Below, piece after piece: positions 46,776 through 59,700 of a stretch of DNA of 63,792 nucleotides; positions within the stretch are counted from its first letter, which is position 1; each line of letters begins with the position of its first letter. The notes beneath the pieces were generated by a model. That model was not told where the DNA came from. It worked only from the letters and a program-made list of their open reading frames with translations, and searched no databases. Source of the stretch: Felis catus (Eukaryota); NCBI RefSeq assembly GCF_018350175.1, contig NC_058377.1, positions 59,830,001-59,893,792 on the forward strand, written 5' to 3'. A program made the position numbers and the translations under genes.

Positions 46776-47807
46776 GAGGAAATTATCACAAGAATACCAA
46801 GGTACTTCATGAGACCTAAGTGAAGAGCCTCTAGAAACGCAAGATGTCTTGGTCTGCCTGTGCTTTGGCTTCAGGCAGCTTTTTCTTTGCTTCTCAGCCC
46901 TCTTTTCCCTTTCCCTGGGGATCTTATGTCTTCTCTGACTTCAATACACCCATGACTCTCAAATGTCTCATCTTATTGTCCATTCTTCTATCCCTTGGAC
47001 ATTTGAGAGTCCACACATGCCAAACTGAACTCACCGTTTTTCCTCTAAACCTGATTATTCATTCATTTTGTATTGAGCACCTATCATGTGCTGGGATGGG
47101 CAAAATGAGCTTTTAAAGTGTCTCTGCTCCTCCTCTGTTAGCAGACTGGAGTATGGAATCTGTATGTCATCCTTGATTTTTCCCTCTGTTGCACCCCCTA
47201 TATCCCATCAGACACCATGTCTAGTAAATTATACCTAATGACTCTGGGTCCATCCTCACTGCTAGTATCTTAGGCCACATGATTCAAGGTCCTCACTCTC
47301 ACTTCAGAACTCAGACTTCCCTATCCCAAGCCTATGAACTCTCTCTTTTCTTGCCTTGTCTCTGCAGGGTAGAGATGAGGATAGAAACAAGGGCAACAGA
47401 GAGATGGCAAGAGATAGAGTTGGCCTAGTGAGGTTTTGCTGCCTAACCATTTTGCTCTGTACCATAAAATCTCGTGGCACGCAAACGTTTATTCACATGT
47501 TCACAGGTTTTTGGGCTGACTATAGATTGTCTAATCTAAAGTGAGTTTGCTTAGGCTACTCTGCTTCAAGCTGCCAGTCTGCCTCAGCTTTTTGCTGGCT
47601 GGGCTCAGGTCTGCTGCTTATATGATCATTCTAGGGTCCAAGCTAATAGAACAGTTCTGGGCCACATTCTGATGATTTGTGACCCCAAAAGACCCCCTCT
47701 CTTGGTTTAGAGTCTCCCAAAAGCCAATCCAGAGACAAGGACTTGGGTGTAGTGAGCTTATTTGTAAGTTGATCCCAGAAAGTACAAGTTTAAAAGTGGC
47801 AAAGTGG

Positions 47808-48203
47808 ATGGGGCACATGTACCCCAATGTTTATAGCAGCGCTTTCAACAATAGCCAAATTATGGAAAGAGCCTAAATGTCCATCAACTGCTGAATGGAT
47901 AAAGTATTATGCTAAGTGAAATAAGTCAGTCAGAGAAAGACAGATATCATGTTTTCACTCATATGTGGATCTTGAGAAACTTAACAGAAGACCATGGGGG
48001 AAGGGAAGGGGGAAAAATAGTTACAAACAGAGAGGGAGGAAGGCAAACCATAAGAGACTCTTAAGTACAGAGAACAAACTAAGGGTTGATGGGGGGTGGG
48101 GAAGAGGGGAAAGTGGGTGATGGGCATTGAGGAGGGCACTTGTTGGGATGAGCACTGGGTGTTGTAAGCCAATTTGACAATAAATTACATTAAATAAAAT
48201 TTA
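47808..48203 (+). mobile_element. 5'-truncated carnivore LINE-1 3' end inside an ERVL-type LTR relic
   Basis: TSD AAAAGTGGCAAAGTGG on both sides; L1 3'UTR motifs. Confidence 0.85.
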
Positions 48204-48682
48204 AAAAGTGGCAAAGTGGGATGGAGAAGAGAAAAGCACCCCCTCCCCAAAAAAAGTGCGTTAATGAGCACACTGTGACCACTGTGGTCAACTGGGGCTT
48301 AATCCCACTGGGTACCCTCTGTGGGAAAGGGAATCTGACTACCATTCTTCCTTGGTTAAGGGTTGTCCCTGGGAACATTAAATCCCCTGCACTTTTGGGT
48401 TGCCCTGAGCAAGTTTACAGGGTGATGGAGAAAGTCTTGGGCACAAAAATAACATGGAAAACTAGAGGTGGGAAGCTCAGCATAAGCTGAGGTATCAGCA
48501 TGCACGAGAACTATCCACTGCCCCTGTGTGTGGACTTGTGGGTGGGCTGAACCATCAAAGTTTAGCCTCCTCCCACCCAGCAGATTATAGAACAGGGATG
48601 CTTAACCTGAATGAGACTGGGGGCAGAGACATAACCACCTGAAATTTATGTAACATTGGGTGAAGGTACATACATCCATTTG

Positions 48683-49326
48683 CTTTTTTAAAAGTTTAAT
48701 GTTTATTTTTGAGAGAGAGAGAGAGAGACAGAGCATGATTAGGGGAAGGGCAGAGAGAGGGGGAGACACAGAATATGAAGCAGGCTCCAGGCTCTGAGCT
48801 GTCAGTACAGAGCCTGGTGCAGGGCTTGAACCCATGAGCTGTGAGATCATGACCTGAGCAGAAGTTGGACACTTAACCGACTGAGCCACCCAGATGCCCC
48901 TCCATTTTCTGAGGAGACGTTTCACCTTTCATCAGATTCTCAAAGAACCACTGACTGTTTTACCATTTGTGTATAAGAAGGAAAATAGAAATATCTTTGA
49001 ATTTGCTTATATGTGCATAGAGTATCTTTAGAAGGATACACAGAAAATGGGAATGTTGGTTGCCTCTGGGGAGATGGAGTGAGGAATTAGCAAGAGAAAG
49101 ATATTTTATTGTGTGCCTTTTGGACTATTTAAATTCTGAACAATGAAAATGTATTACTTTAAAAAAAAATCAAACCTTTAGAGGCACCTGGGTGGCTCAG
49201 TCAGTTAAGCATCTGGCTCTTTATCTTGGCTCAGGTCATGATCTCACAGTTCGTAAGGTTGAGCCCCACATCAGGCTCCATGCTTGGGATTCTCTCTCTC
49301 CCTCTCTGCCCCTCCCCCGGCTTGCC

Positions 49327-49358
<32 letters not shown>

Positions 49359-49610
49359 TAAATATTTTTTAAAAAGATTTAAAAAACTTAAACCTTTAAA
49401 ACATTAAACATTAAAGTCAAGACTGATCCTGTTAGTAAGCAGAAATGTGAATTAGAAAATAGATATCCTCAGTCAGCTGAGAGGCTGACTCTTGATTTCG
49501 GCTCAGGTCATGAACCCAGGGTCGTGGGATCAAGACCCTGTTGGGCTCTGCACTGAGCATGGAGTGCTCTTGGGATTCTCGCTCTCAGAAAAAAAAAAAA
49601 AAAAAAAAAA
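48683..49610. mobile_element. Can-SINEs at ~48683-48900 (-), ~49181-49380 (+), ~49470-49610 (+)
   Basis: SINE heads and A/T tails. Confidence 0.8.
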
Positions 49611-50970
49611 GAGAGAGATCATAATAACTACAACTGGCAAAGACATAGAGAAAAGGCCACTCTCATTCACTGTTGCAGAAGGGCAAACTAGTACCTCTGG
49701 GTGGTAATTTAGCAGTGCCAAATAAACAATAATTCATATCCTTTCAACATTATATCACTTCTTGGTCTTTCCTATAAAAATATGCCCATAAGTAGATAAG
49801 GATTTACATGCATGGATGTTCATAAAGTATTATGTGTAATGTCAAAAATGTCAAAAAGTTACAAAAAAAATGTGTGCCCAGAAGAAAATAGTTGAACAAA
49901 CTATCGTTTAGCTATATTATGAAATCCCGTGCTGCCATTATAATGAATAAGGTAGATATGAATGTATGATGTGGAAGGAAGTCCTTGATACATTGTTTCC
50001 TGGAAAAAAGGTTACAGGAGATGTATGTGAAACATGAAAAGGCATGTTCCTTTTCCTTTTTGAAAAAAAGAAAATAAAAACCAAAAGCAGCCTGTGTACA
50101 GAAAACTAGGTGTGTATGCATATTTAAATATTAAATTACTTGCATGTGCACAGAAAAAGGTCCGAAAGGATACTACTGTCACAGTAACAGCAAGCACAGT
50201 TAAGAGTGAGAGAGGACACGGAGCGACTGTCTGCTCCAATCCTTACCCCAAGCTGGACTCTGCCTTCTTGGAGCCTCACTCCCCATCTCATCCTCTCCCC
50301 AACTGCCAGCCCCTCTCCTTTACCACCTGGGGGGTCTACATCTGTCCCTGCCCTGGAAGCAATCGAGGGCTTAGGGGAGGAGGGCTCAGTTGGCACCAGG
50401 ACTGCAGGAGGGGAGGATGGCTAGATCTTATACCTGGAGTACTGCCATGGTCCCACCAGGTGACCAGTCCTGGATCTGCCCTGTTCCAGCCTCACATCCC
50501 CCACTGGGTGAAGCCCAGACCTCTTACTGTGGTAGTCAGGACCTTTCACGAACGGCCCCAACATTCCCACACTGCAAGCTGTGCCGTGCTGGATAAAATG
50601 TCTTTCACTTTTTACATTCAACACCTTTGCTCTTCTCATTTCTGCTACCCACGACTCCTTTCCCACCCCAAATGCCAATCTTCCTATCCCAGTCTCCACT
50701 GATTGAAGCCTTATTCTCCTACTTATCTGAAAGACCTTGTTCAGGTAACACCTCCTCCAGGAAGTCTCCCATATTCCTATGTTCCAGCAAGAAGGGTCTA
50801 CTCTCTCTCGAGCCTTCATTTCTATGTTGTGACTCTGTGCCAAGCACTGGGAGTGGCACAGATTAGGTGTCAATTAATGTTTATGAAATTACATATTAAC
50901 ATTCTCATTTTCTAGATGAAGAAACTGAGACCCAAAGAGAGATAGTAACTTGTCTAGGGCTACCTCCAAC

Positions 50971-53900
50971 ATGCAGCCTCCTGCCATGGTGTCTCTGCTG
51001 CTTGTGTCCATGGGCCTCATGGAAGCACTTCAGGTATGGTTATCCTCCACTGTCCCCATGTCAGCAGGGAGTTGTCGGCTGAGTTGTCAGCTTCCTGTGA
51101 GGAGCCATGGGAGGAGAGAATGACTGATGCTTCCTCTGGGGCTTGCCCAGCCCGAGGGGACAGTCCCAGACCCTGGTCTCTGCAGCTAGTCGTTCCCCAT
51201 CCCCTTCCCCTCCAGGTGTGTTTGGGGCTCTCAGCGTCATCATCTAAGTGGAGAAATTTGGTGACAGGCTCCCATTCTCCTGAGGCTCATCCTCTCAGTC
51301 CTTACTGCTCCCTCTCCCTCAGGCCCAGAGCCACCCCATCACTCAACGAGACCTCTTCTCTCAAGAAATGCCCCTGGATATGGCCCCAGCCTCCTTTGAT
51401 GACCAGTATGCTGGCTGTGCAGCAGCCATGACAGCTGCCCTCCCGGATCTCAACCAAACAGAGTTCCAGGCCAACAAAGTGTATGCTGACGGCTGGGCAC
51501 TGGCAAGCAGCCAGTGGCAGGAGCGCCAGGCCTGGGGACCAGAGTGGGGCCCCAGCCCTACCCGGCTGCCCCTGCCACCCCCTGGCTTCCGCGATGAGCA
51601 TGGGGTGGCCCTCCTGGCCTACACAGCCAACAGCCCCTTGCACAAGCAGTTCAACGCAGCCGTGCGGGAGGCGGGCCGCTCCCGAGCCTCCTACCTCCAC
51701 CACTTCTCCTTTAAGACACTCCATTTCCTGCTGACCGAGGCCCTGCAGCTGCTGGGTAGGGGCCAGCGTTCACCCCAGTGCCGCCAGGTGTTCCGAGGGG
51801 TGCATGGCCTGCGCTTCCGGCCAGCAGCACCTGGAGCCACCGTAAGGCTGGGAGGATTTGCCTCCGCCTCCCTACAGAATGTTGCAGCCCAGCAGTTTGG
51901 GGAGGACACCTTCTTTGGCATCTGGACCTGCCTTGGGGCACCTATCAAGGGCTACTCCTTCTTCCCTGGGGAGGATGAGGTGCTGATCCCCCCCTTTGAG
52001 ACCTTCCAGGTAATCAATGCCAGCAGACCAGCCCAGGGCCCTGCCCGCATTTACCTCCGGGCCCTGGGCAAGCGCAGCACATACAACTGTGAGTACATTA
52101 AAGGTGAGCAGGGGATGCACTGATCAGCATCTATGCAGAAGATGGGGCTCCCCTTCTGTTTTCAGGGGATACATACACAAATATTACAAATAAATTAATA
52201 GTAAGGGAGACCCAGTCCTGTCCCTCTGCCCCTCCACCCCCTTGCCTCTAAGGGGAGACAAGCTTCTGAGGCAGTAGGACGCTTGTCCCTGGAGGTGCTT
52301 AAGCCAGAGCTGGCCACTTGCCTGCTGAGAGGTTGAAGAGGGTTTTCTGACCAAGACAGGTGTCTATGGACATTTGAGAGCCAAACAGAACTGGTCAGGC
52401 TTTTCTCCCAGCTGGAAGCTGGAAGGCAATTAATTTCTGGCCATAGCACTGACACCCAGACCATTGATGCCGGGTCTGATTAAGAGCCCCAACCTCAGCT
52501 TCCAAGAGGAGCACATGCATTCGGCTGAATGGAAATCCTGTGCTGTCGTGTGTGCTGGGTAGGGGTGCAGGTGGGTGGTGAGATAGCCGTTAGGGGCTGT
52601 GCCCCAAAGTTCCAGCTCAGGCTGTGGCAGGTCTCGGATACTCTTCCTGTCTATCCTCCAGGACTGGCCAGAGATGGAATCATGAGGCCAGCCTCAGGTT
52701 CTTAATATCTGAAGGGGTTGGGGGTTACTGGTCCTGGCCGAATGATGCCCAGGGGCTTGTGAGGCCTAATTTGCATAATTAGAAGCAGGTTGTTGCCTGG
52801 AACTGTGGACCACATCTAAGATAGGAGAAAGTCCAGTATGGCTACCATTCTCACCTTGGACAGCCCCATGAGCTTGCATGAGTTAATGGAAGATGAAAAA
52901 GACATGCAAAATACATAAACTAGTGCCTCCTTGGCTGGGACAAGGCATGGGAGAGGGAGAGGTGAGGCAAAGCTACAGGCCAAGGAAGCAGGAGGGTACC
53001 CAGAATAGACCCTGGCTTTGAGGGCTGGCTCCCTTCTGGCTCTGCTGCTCATGGGTCAAGTCAAATGTAGGCAAAGGAGGTCCCACCATAAGGAAGCAGA
53101 GTTAGAAGAAAATGTATCAGCTTCTCCTTGAATGAGTTGGGGATGGACCACAGGGTTTGGGGGTTCTTTCCTGACCTGAGAGCTATTGAGACTTTGATTA
53201 TTTACTGTTTCTTCCCTACAGATAAGCAGTGCAAGTCTGGGCCCTGCCGTCTGGATAACTCAGGTAAGAGCTGCAAGCCTATGTGGGCCTCAGCTCAAGG
53301 ATGAGCAGGGTGCCCTGGGGTTGGACTCCCCTCCTGAATGCATGTCACTCTTGAAAGGAAAACAACCCTCTTTTAATCAAAACAAGTAAACTCTCTTAAG
53401 CAGACACCTGTGGGGGTTGCTAACCTCTCTTAGAGGACATAGATGTGTGTATGGGGCAGTAGTCATGCAAGCTGATACACCTGCCCCCAAGTATGGGGCC
53501 CTCTCCTTCACAGAAGGTCAATGACCATACACCAGAGAGATCCAGGTTGCAGTGAGGGGATGAAGGGAAGGGACCACTCCCAAAGTCCTCTCTGGGCCTT
53601 CTCCTTCAGCTGCAGAACCCACTGTCTCTATTACTAACCTCAGGGCTCCTGCAGACCACCTTCCAAGGTTGAGGTCAAGTCTTGGGTGCTAGAGACCTGG
53701 GATCTCATCTGAGCTCTGCCCTTTCTCTGTGATCACTCGCTCTCTCTGGGCCTCAGTTTTCCTATCTGTATAATAAGCATATTAGACTAGATGATCCCCA
53801 GGTCCCTTTCAGTTGTGACTCTTCTTCCCTTGAATACCCACTATTCCAGGGCCTGCCTAAGCCACCACTTCTCTAGGTGGGAAGGGGCTTTTCCAGGGGA

Positions 53901-54908
53901 ACCAACTGGCATAGGCCCTTCCCAAGAAAGAAACTCTAGCCACTTATCCCCCTCAGGTCCCTCTTCCCTCCTCCAGGGCTCTGTGAACAGTGGGAAGGAG
54001 GGGGCCCTAGCATCTACTTTATTCCCACCATTCTCCACTACAAAGTCCCACACCATGCTCCAGGCACACCACACCATGAATCCTCACCATGACCCAGTGG
54101 GGTAGGTACTATCATCACCCTTGTTCTACAGATAAGGGAACTAAGTCCCAGAGAAGTGAAGCAACCAGTCCTACACACACAGCTAATAAGGGGTGGGGTC
54201 CAGAGAGCCCAGCTCTAGAGCCACACTCTGAACCACCACACTACCTGGCCCCATTTCTCTCCAGACACCATCTTATTTTATCCTTACTGTACAATAAACT
54301 ATTGGAAGGAGGAAGAACAGGGAGTATTACCTTCATTATATAGTAAAGGAGACCCAGAGACAGAAATGACTTGCCCAAGATGACAGAAGGAGTCAGTGGC
54401 AGAGCCAGGGTCAGAAGCCATATCTCCAGGCTCCAACCAACTTGAGTTCTGGTAATGTCATTTCAAGCACTGGACAAGTTAAGGATTCCCCCTGGTCCAT
54501 CAGTACTTCTATCAGGGGTTGGGCAGAGGGGCAAAGATGAGCATCACTAGAGCTCTCATCTTATCTCTTCCCCTTGTTCAACCCACTCTATGATGCCTCA
54601 TTTGTCTCAGTAGGGGGCAGGGGCATAGACCAACCTAGTGACCTCTGGAAGGGGAACTGGGGCTCTTTCATCTGCCTACCCTCCTCCCTGAATCCATGCT
54701 CTGCATCTCTGGCTCCCATCACACTTTGTGTGTCTGTGTTTCCAGCTCACTCTGCTCGCTCCTCTTCGTCTTATTTATGTACCTCATTTTACCCTGAAAA
54801 CTTCTCTCTGCCTCTGTTTTTCCCACAGCCATGAGTCAAGGCCCCATTTCTGCAGTCTGGTCCCTCCTACTGCCACTCTGGCTCCTTGTCAGAGGAACCC
54901 TTCCATAG
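50971..54908 (+). CDS. ART1: GPI-linked NAD(P)+-arginine ADP-ribosyltransferase 1, 4 coding exons, 321 aa
   Basis: Exons 50971-51033 (MQPPAMVSLLLVSMGLMEALQ), 51323-52103 (AQSHPITQRDLFSQ...CEYIK), 53222-53263 (DKQCKSGPCRLDNS), 54829-54908 (AMSQGPISAVWSLLLPLWLLVRGTLP*); motifs VFRG / ASAS / PGEDEVLIP. Confidence 0.94.
51323..52103 (+). CDS. ART1: ART1 catalytic exon
   Basis: ORF 51368..52123; CTCAG| acceptor, AAG|GTGAGC donor. Confidence 0.95.
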
Positions 54909-55809
54909 ACTCCAGGCCTCCCATCATCCTTCCAACACTGAACAGCCCTGCCTGCTGCCTCTACCCAACATGGGGATGTTGGCCACATGTGTGCTTTAAA
55001 GGCAGCCAGGATCCATGGTAACTCCATCTGCTGGGAACTCGGGGACGTTGGTAGCTGCCAGGCCTGCTGATGGAGAAATAAGGGAATCTGAGGACTGAGC
55101 CTTAGCCAAGGCTCTAAGAATGAGACACTGAATAGACACGGGGGTCTCTACAACAGGCAACAATTCACTTGGAGGTTAAACTAGTTTGGGGGGGGGGAAT
55201 GGGGAGGAAAGCACTTGGCCAGAGCATTTGCTGGTATTACTCAAATGCCTCACATGTGCACCTGGAAAGCTCCTATTCACTCTCCCAAGAAGCCTTCTCT
55301 GACTTCTCCCACCTGGCTGGGCTAGGGGTCCTGCCTCTCTGCTCCCACAGGTCCTTAGATGCTTCTCTACACCACGTGTTCATGTTTGCCTCCTGTATCA
55401 GATGGTGAGCTTCCTGACAGCAGGGACTGGGTCTAAAGCACAGAGGTAGTGCTAGAAAACGTGTAAATCAAAAAGGAACAAACATCTTGCGAATGGCTCA
55501 TCTCTGCAGTGCCCTGCTCTGGACATTTTCAAGCTCTCTGAATGTCAGTGTGTAGGAATGATGTGGACTGGCTCTAGCTCCAGACAGTAGAGAGCAGGAG
55601 AAATACCAGAGACAGCATTAGGTTCTCTGCCAGGGTCTCAACTGAATGCGCAATTGAATTCTTGTCAGCAAAGACATATAATTTCTGCTCTGATCTATGT
55701 GTCCTAAGGTTCCCGTCTCTAGAGAGACAATCCTGGATGCCCAACTTCCACTACCACGGGTCCCAAGGGTTAAGACAGGACACTGAAGAGGTGCTAGGCA
55801 CACACTTAC

Positions 55810-55815
55810 TTTATT
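55810..55815 (-). terminator. Probable CHRNA10 polyadenylation signal
   Basis: TTTATT (AATAAA on -) ~500 nt downstream of the CHRNA10 stop. Confidence 0.55.
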
Positions 55816-56318
55816 ATGAGTTGGGGCTTTGGGGCCAAAATTCTGGTGTGGCCTCCTGCTCTGGAAACTAGAATCCTGAATCCTTTACCCTGAGTCCTAG
55901 GCAGGGACTGGCAAGACCAAGTTCCTAAAATAATAGCCACCAAGGAAGTAAGAGAAGACAAAGAAACATGGTAGTTCTGTTTCTCATATAACCTGCACCC
56001 TTGCCACTCTAACATTTCTAACACTCAGCATCAAAGTTCAATTCTGTTCCTCCAGGACTGCATTTTGATTTTGACCCTTCTTAGAGTTTCTCTTCCATAG
56101 GGATTAAGGGAGTGGCAAACTCTGGATTTCCCTTAGTGGTTAAGGTATGTAGACAAGCGATCCCTGTGGTTTGTGAAATCGGCAGTGCTGATCCTGAAGA
56201 AAGGGTGTCCCAGGCTCTTAGGCACAGTGGGGAGAGACTGGGTGGCCTGAGAGCCAACAACCACCTGGCCTTTCCATCTCTGTCTGGGGGTGCTGTGGCT
56301 GCATCAGACCCCTGGGAC

Positions 56319-56776
56319 TCACAGGGCCTGCACCAGCACCAGGAGGCTCATGACCAGGGCCATGGAGAAGAAGATCCCTAGGAAGAAGCGATCCATCACA
56401 CGGGCCAGCCGCTTCCAGTCCTCATGGCGGCGCTGGGCAGCCCGGTGGCTGTGGAAGGTGTTAGCAATGGTAGCTACGTGATGCAGCAAGGCTTCTTGAT
56501 GGCACAGACACCGTGGCTCATGGCAAGGAACTGCTGGAGGGTGAACCCCTTCATCAGAAGGCTGGGGACTGGGGGGTGACTCAGGTGGTCTAGACTGCCC
56601 ACAGGGCTCCCCTCGTTCCCGCACGCACAAGCCCCGTGCCAGGCGTCCCAGGAGGAGGGCCCGAGCCCAGGCTGGCACTGGTCGGGCACTGGGACCACAG
56701 TAATGCAGGTTCATGATAAGGATGGTGAGCGCTGTGGAGAATGTGACCATGGTCATGGTGGCCATGTAGTACTTCC
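56319..56776 (-). CDS. CHRNA10: CHRNA10 exon 5 (M3, cytoplasmic loop, M4)
   Basis: ORF 56319..56867; TTCAG| acceptor. Confidence 0.95.
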
Positions 56777-59700
56777 CTGAAAGAGAGAGCGTGAGCTGGG
56801 GCCCAAAACAAGAACTCAGGGTGCCTGAGTCTGCCCACTGCCTCAACACAAATAGGCACCAGCTCATCCACCATGAGGCTCTCAGGACCCTCCAATCCCA
56901 ATGGATGGAGCCAGGAAGGACATAAGAGCCAAGGTCTCCTCATCCCCTATTCCTACGAGTGAGTTCTCACAAGCCACATGCTCTCTAGTTGTTCTCCTCA
57001 CTGCTGGACTCTGCACTTCCTCACAATCCATGAAAGCCACGCTCTCAAATGTAGAAGCACCATCTGGGGCAAGTTATTGATTCTTTTGGTACAACTGGGA
57101 TAACAACAGAACTTACCTCACAGGTCTGTGGTGAGGGCTCCCTGAGTTAATAAATGACAAGCGCTTAGGAGAGGACCTGGCACACAGCCAGCACTCAATG
57201 CAAACTGCCTGTTACGACGGGTGAGGGGGAGGATGTCTTCCTGGAAGGGGCCTACCCCTCTCCCCTCAATCTCAGAATGAGGCATGCTCCCGGAACACCC
57301 CCACCCTCACCCCCAACTCCCACACCGAATTGGGCCGGCACGGCTGGGCTGGGGATGGGCGGGGGCCGGTCTCACGGAGGAGATGGCTCACTCCCCGCCC
57401 CCTCACCACCCTCGACCCGCGCCCTCGTGGCTCACCGATGAGCGGCACGCTCTCGGCCGGTGGCATGCTCTCGGCCAGGAGCAGCTGGAAGACGGTGAGC
57501 GCCAGCAGCACGGTGACGCCGAGCGACACCTTCTCGCCCGAGTCGGCGGGCAGGTGGAAGGCGAGCGGCGCGAGCAGCGAGATGAGCACGCAGGGCAGCA
57601 GCAGGTTGCACACGTAGGCAGCGGCGCGGCGGCGCAGCAGCAGCGTGAAGGTCACGTCCGGGTAGGGCTCTGAGCAGCAGCCGTAGGTGAGCACGCGCCG
57701 CCGTGCCGGCATGCCCAGCACGTGCCACTCCACGTTCTCCACGAAGTCGGCCAGGCTGGCGGCGGTACCGCGTGGCCGCACGTCCAGCTGGTGCCCGCCG
57801 TGCGTCCACGAGCCGAACGTCAGGCCGCAGCGCTGCGCGTCGAACGGGAAGGCCGACACGTCCACGCGGCATGAGCTGCGCGTGATGGCCGGCGCGTCCC
57901 AGCGCACGGCGCCGTCGTGCCGCAGAACCACGTTGGTACTGGCCGAGGCCGGCGGCTGTGCGTCAGCCCTGTGGGCGGGCGGGGTTGGGCTACCTGAGGA
58001 GGCTGCTGGGAGGCAGACTCCTGCAGCAGCTCTGTGACCCCCGGGGCCCTGTGGTTACCAGGGACCGCCTGGAGGGTGGAGGGGGTGGCAGAGAGGGCCC
58101 TGCGTGCCTTTGGAGGCTCAGAAGGGGTGGCGCCTGCAGACTCTAGAGGAGACTGGGATCTAGGCCAGGGCAGGGTGAAAACACATCTGCAAAAGATGGC
58201 ACCTGGCTGCATTGTGTTATCTGCAAATCTCCTAGGGGGCCCCTGGGGGAAAATATGCAGAGCCATGTGTTGTCTGGGAAACACAACTGGTTTAGGTGGC
58301 ATAAAGGAATGCTCCAGAGGGTTAGGCCCTAGAGGAAGTCCCTAGGTAGGCCGTCGGGGAGTCCTGGGAGACTTGGAGCAGGCCTGGAAGGGTGGAGTAT
58401 GCCATCAGGAGGCACTTGTACCCCAGAACCCTCTCTGTGAGAGATACAGAAATGGCCCCTAGACCACACAGTGGGTTCCCGGGAGACATTCAGCCTGGGT
58501 TGGCTTGGGAGAGTCTAAAGTGGGGCATATCATGGAGGGGCTGGCAGCTTAGAAGGGTCCTGGGGGAAAAGCTTCCAGGAACCAAGTTAGGTTGTGGGGA
58601 TGGGGAATCAGTGCAAACCTAGAGCCAAGGGCAACAGATGGAAGGGGGAGGGGCCCAGGCAGGCAGTACTTGTTATAGAGTACGATGTCTGGACGCCACA
58701 CGAGACTGCTGGGGATGCGGATAGCATCCAGGCCACCATAGGCATCGGGGTCCCATCGTAGGTAGGCATCTGTCCACTCCTGTCGAATCCACAGGTACAG
58801 GGTCAGCACCTGGTTCCGCTCATCCTAGTGGGTGGCAGGGAGTAGGCACAGGTGTGGGCACACATATGCACACCCTCCCCTGTGTGTACACACTCACCTA
58901 CAGAGTTCTGGACGGCACCCACAAACGCAGCTGGCTCACAGTCCAGTTCCTACCCAGGCCTGACCTTGCTATGTGACCTTGACAGTTTTCCACTCTTCTT
59001 TAGGTCTCAGTTTCCTCAGTAGTTACATGGGTGATAATCCCTGCTGGGCAGGAATCCAAGTGTGCAAGTAGTGGACACACTGTGGGCACCCAGCAGTTAG
59101 TATCCAACAGTTAGTAGCTGTTATTATTGTTAATATTAATGTTTATAGATAAGAATTATTTGGAGAATAATCCCATTCTCTCACTCCCTCCCCCCCACCC
59201 CCCCTCCAATTCCTTGACACTGCCACAGGCATGCTCCAAGGTTGCACCACAACACACCATATCAATGATCTGGGACAATGTCACCTCCAGGGTCACGTTC
59301 AGAGCCTGGTCTGTGTCTGCCACAGGTCTCAGGGCACTTGTGTAGTTGGCGAAGAGGTCACGGAACAGCTTGTGAGCCAGTCTGCCCTCAGCTCCCAAGC
59401 ATTCTGGGGGACCAGGAAACAGGGTTGTGCATCTGAGACCCTTGTCCAGGGCCCTCTGCTCACACCCTCTATCCCCACAAGGCTGGCACCTGACACCTGC
59501 TGTGCTATCTCCTGGCCATCTGACTGGTCCTCCTGATGTCTTCTCTGTCCATCTAGCTGTGGTTCTAGTTCCTCCCTGGACTGCTTCCAGGGATGAGTGA
59601 GGTGAAGGCTGAGGACTAAATTGGTACTGTCTTCTGGAGCACGCTGACTGTTTTTTTCCCCCACCCTTTCCCTTCCTAAGGACCTGGATTCTGCTTGCCG

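Noticed and set aside
50094-50702. 202-aa ORF in ART1 intron 1
   Set aside because: Non-ATG start, no recognisable domain, overlaps decayed repeat sequence.
1649-54908. Idea that XRCC1-like XNDC1 and ART1/ART5 form a functional ADP-ribosylation cluster
   Set aside because: ART1/5 are secretory-pathway arginine ARTs. XNDC1 looks nuclear and lacks the BRCT domain through which XRCC1 reads PAR. Adjacency alone is not evidence.
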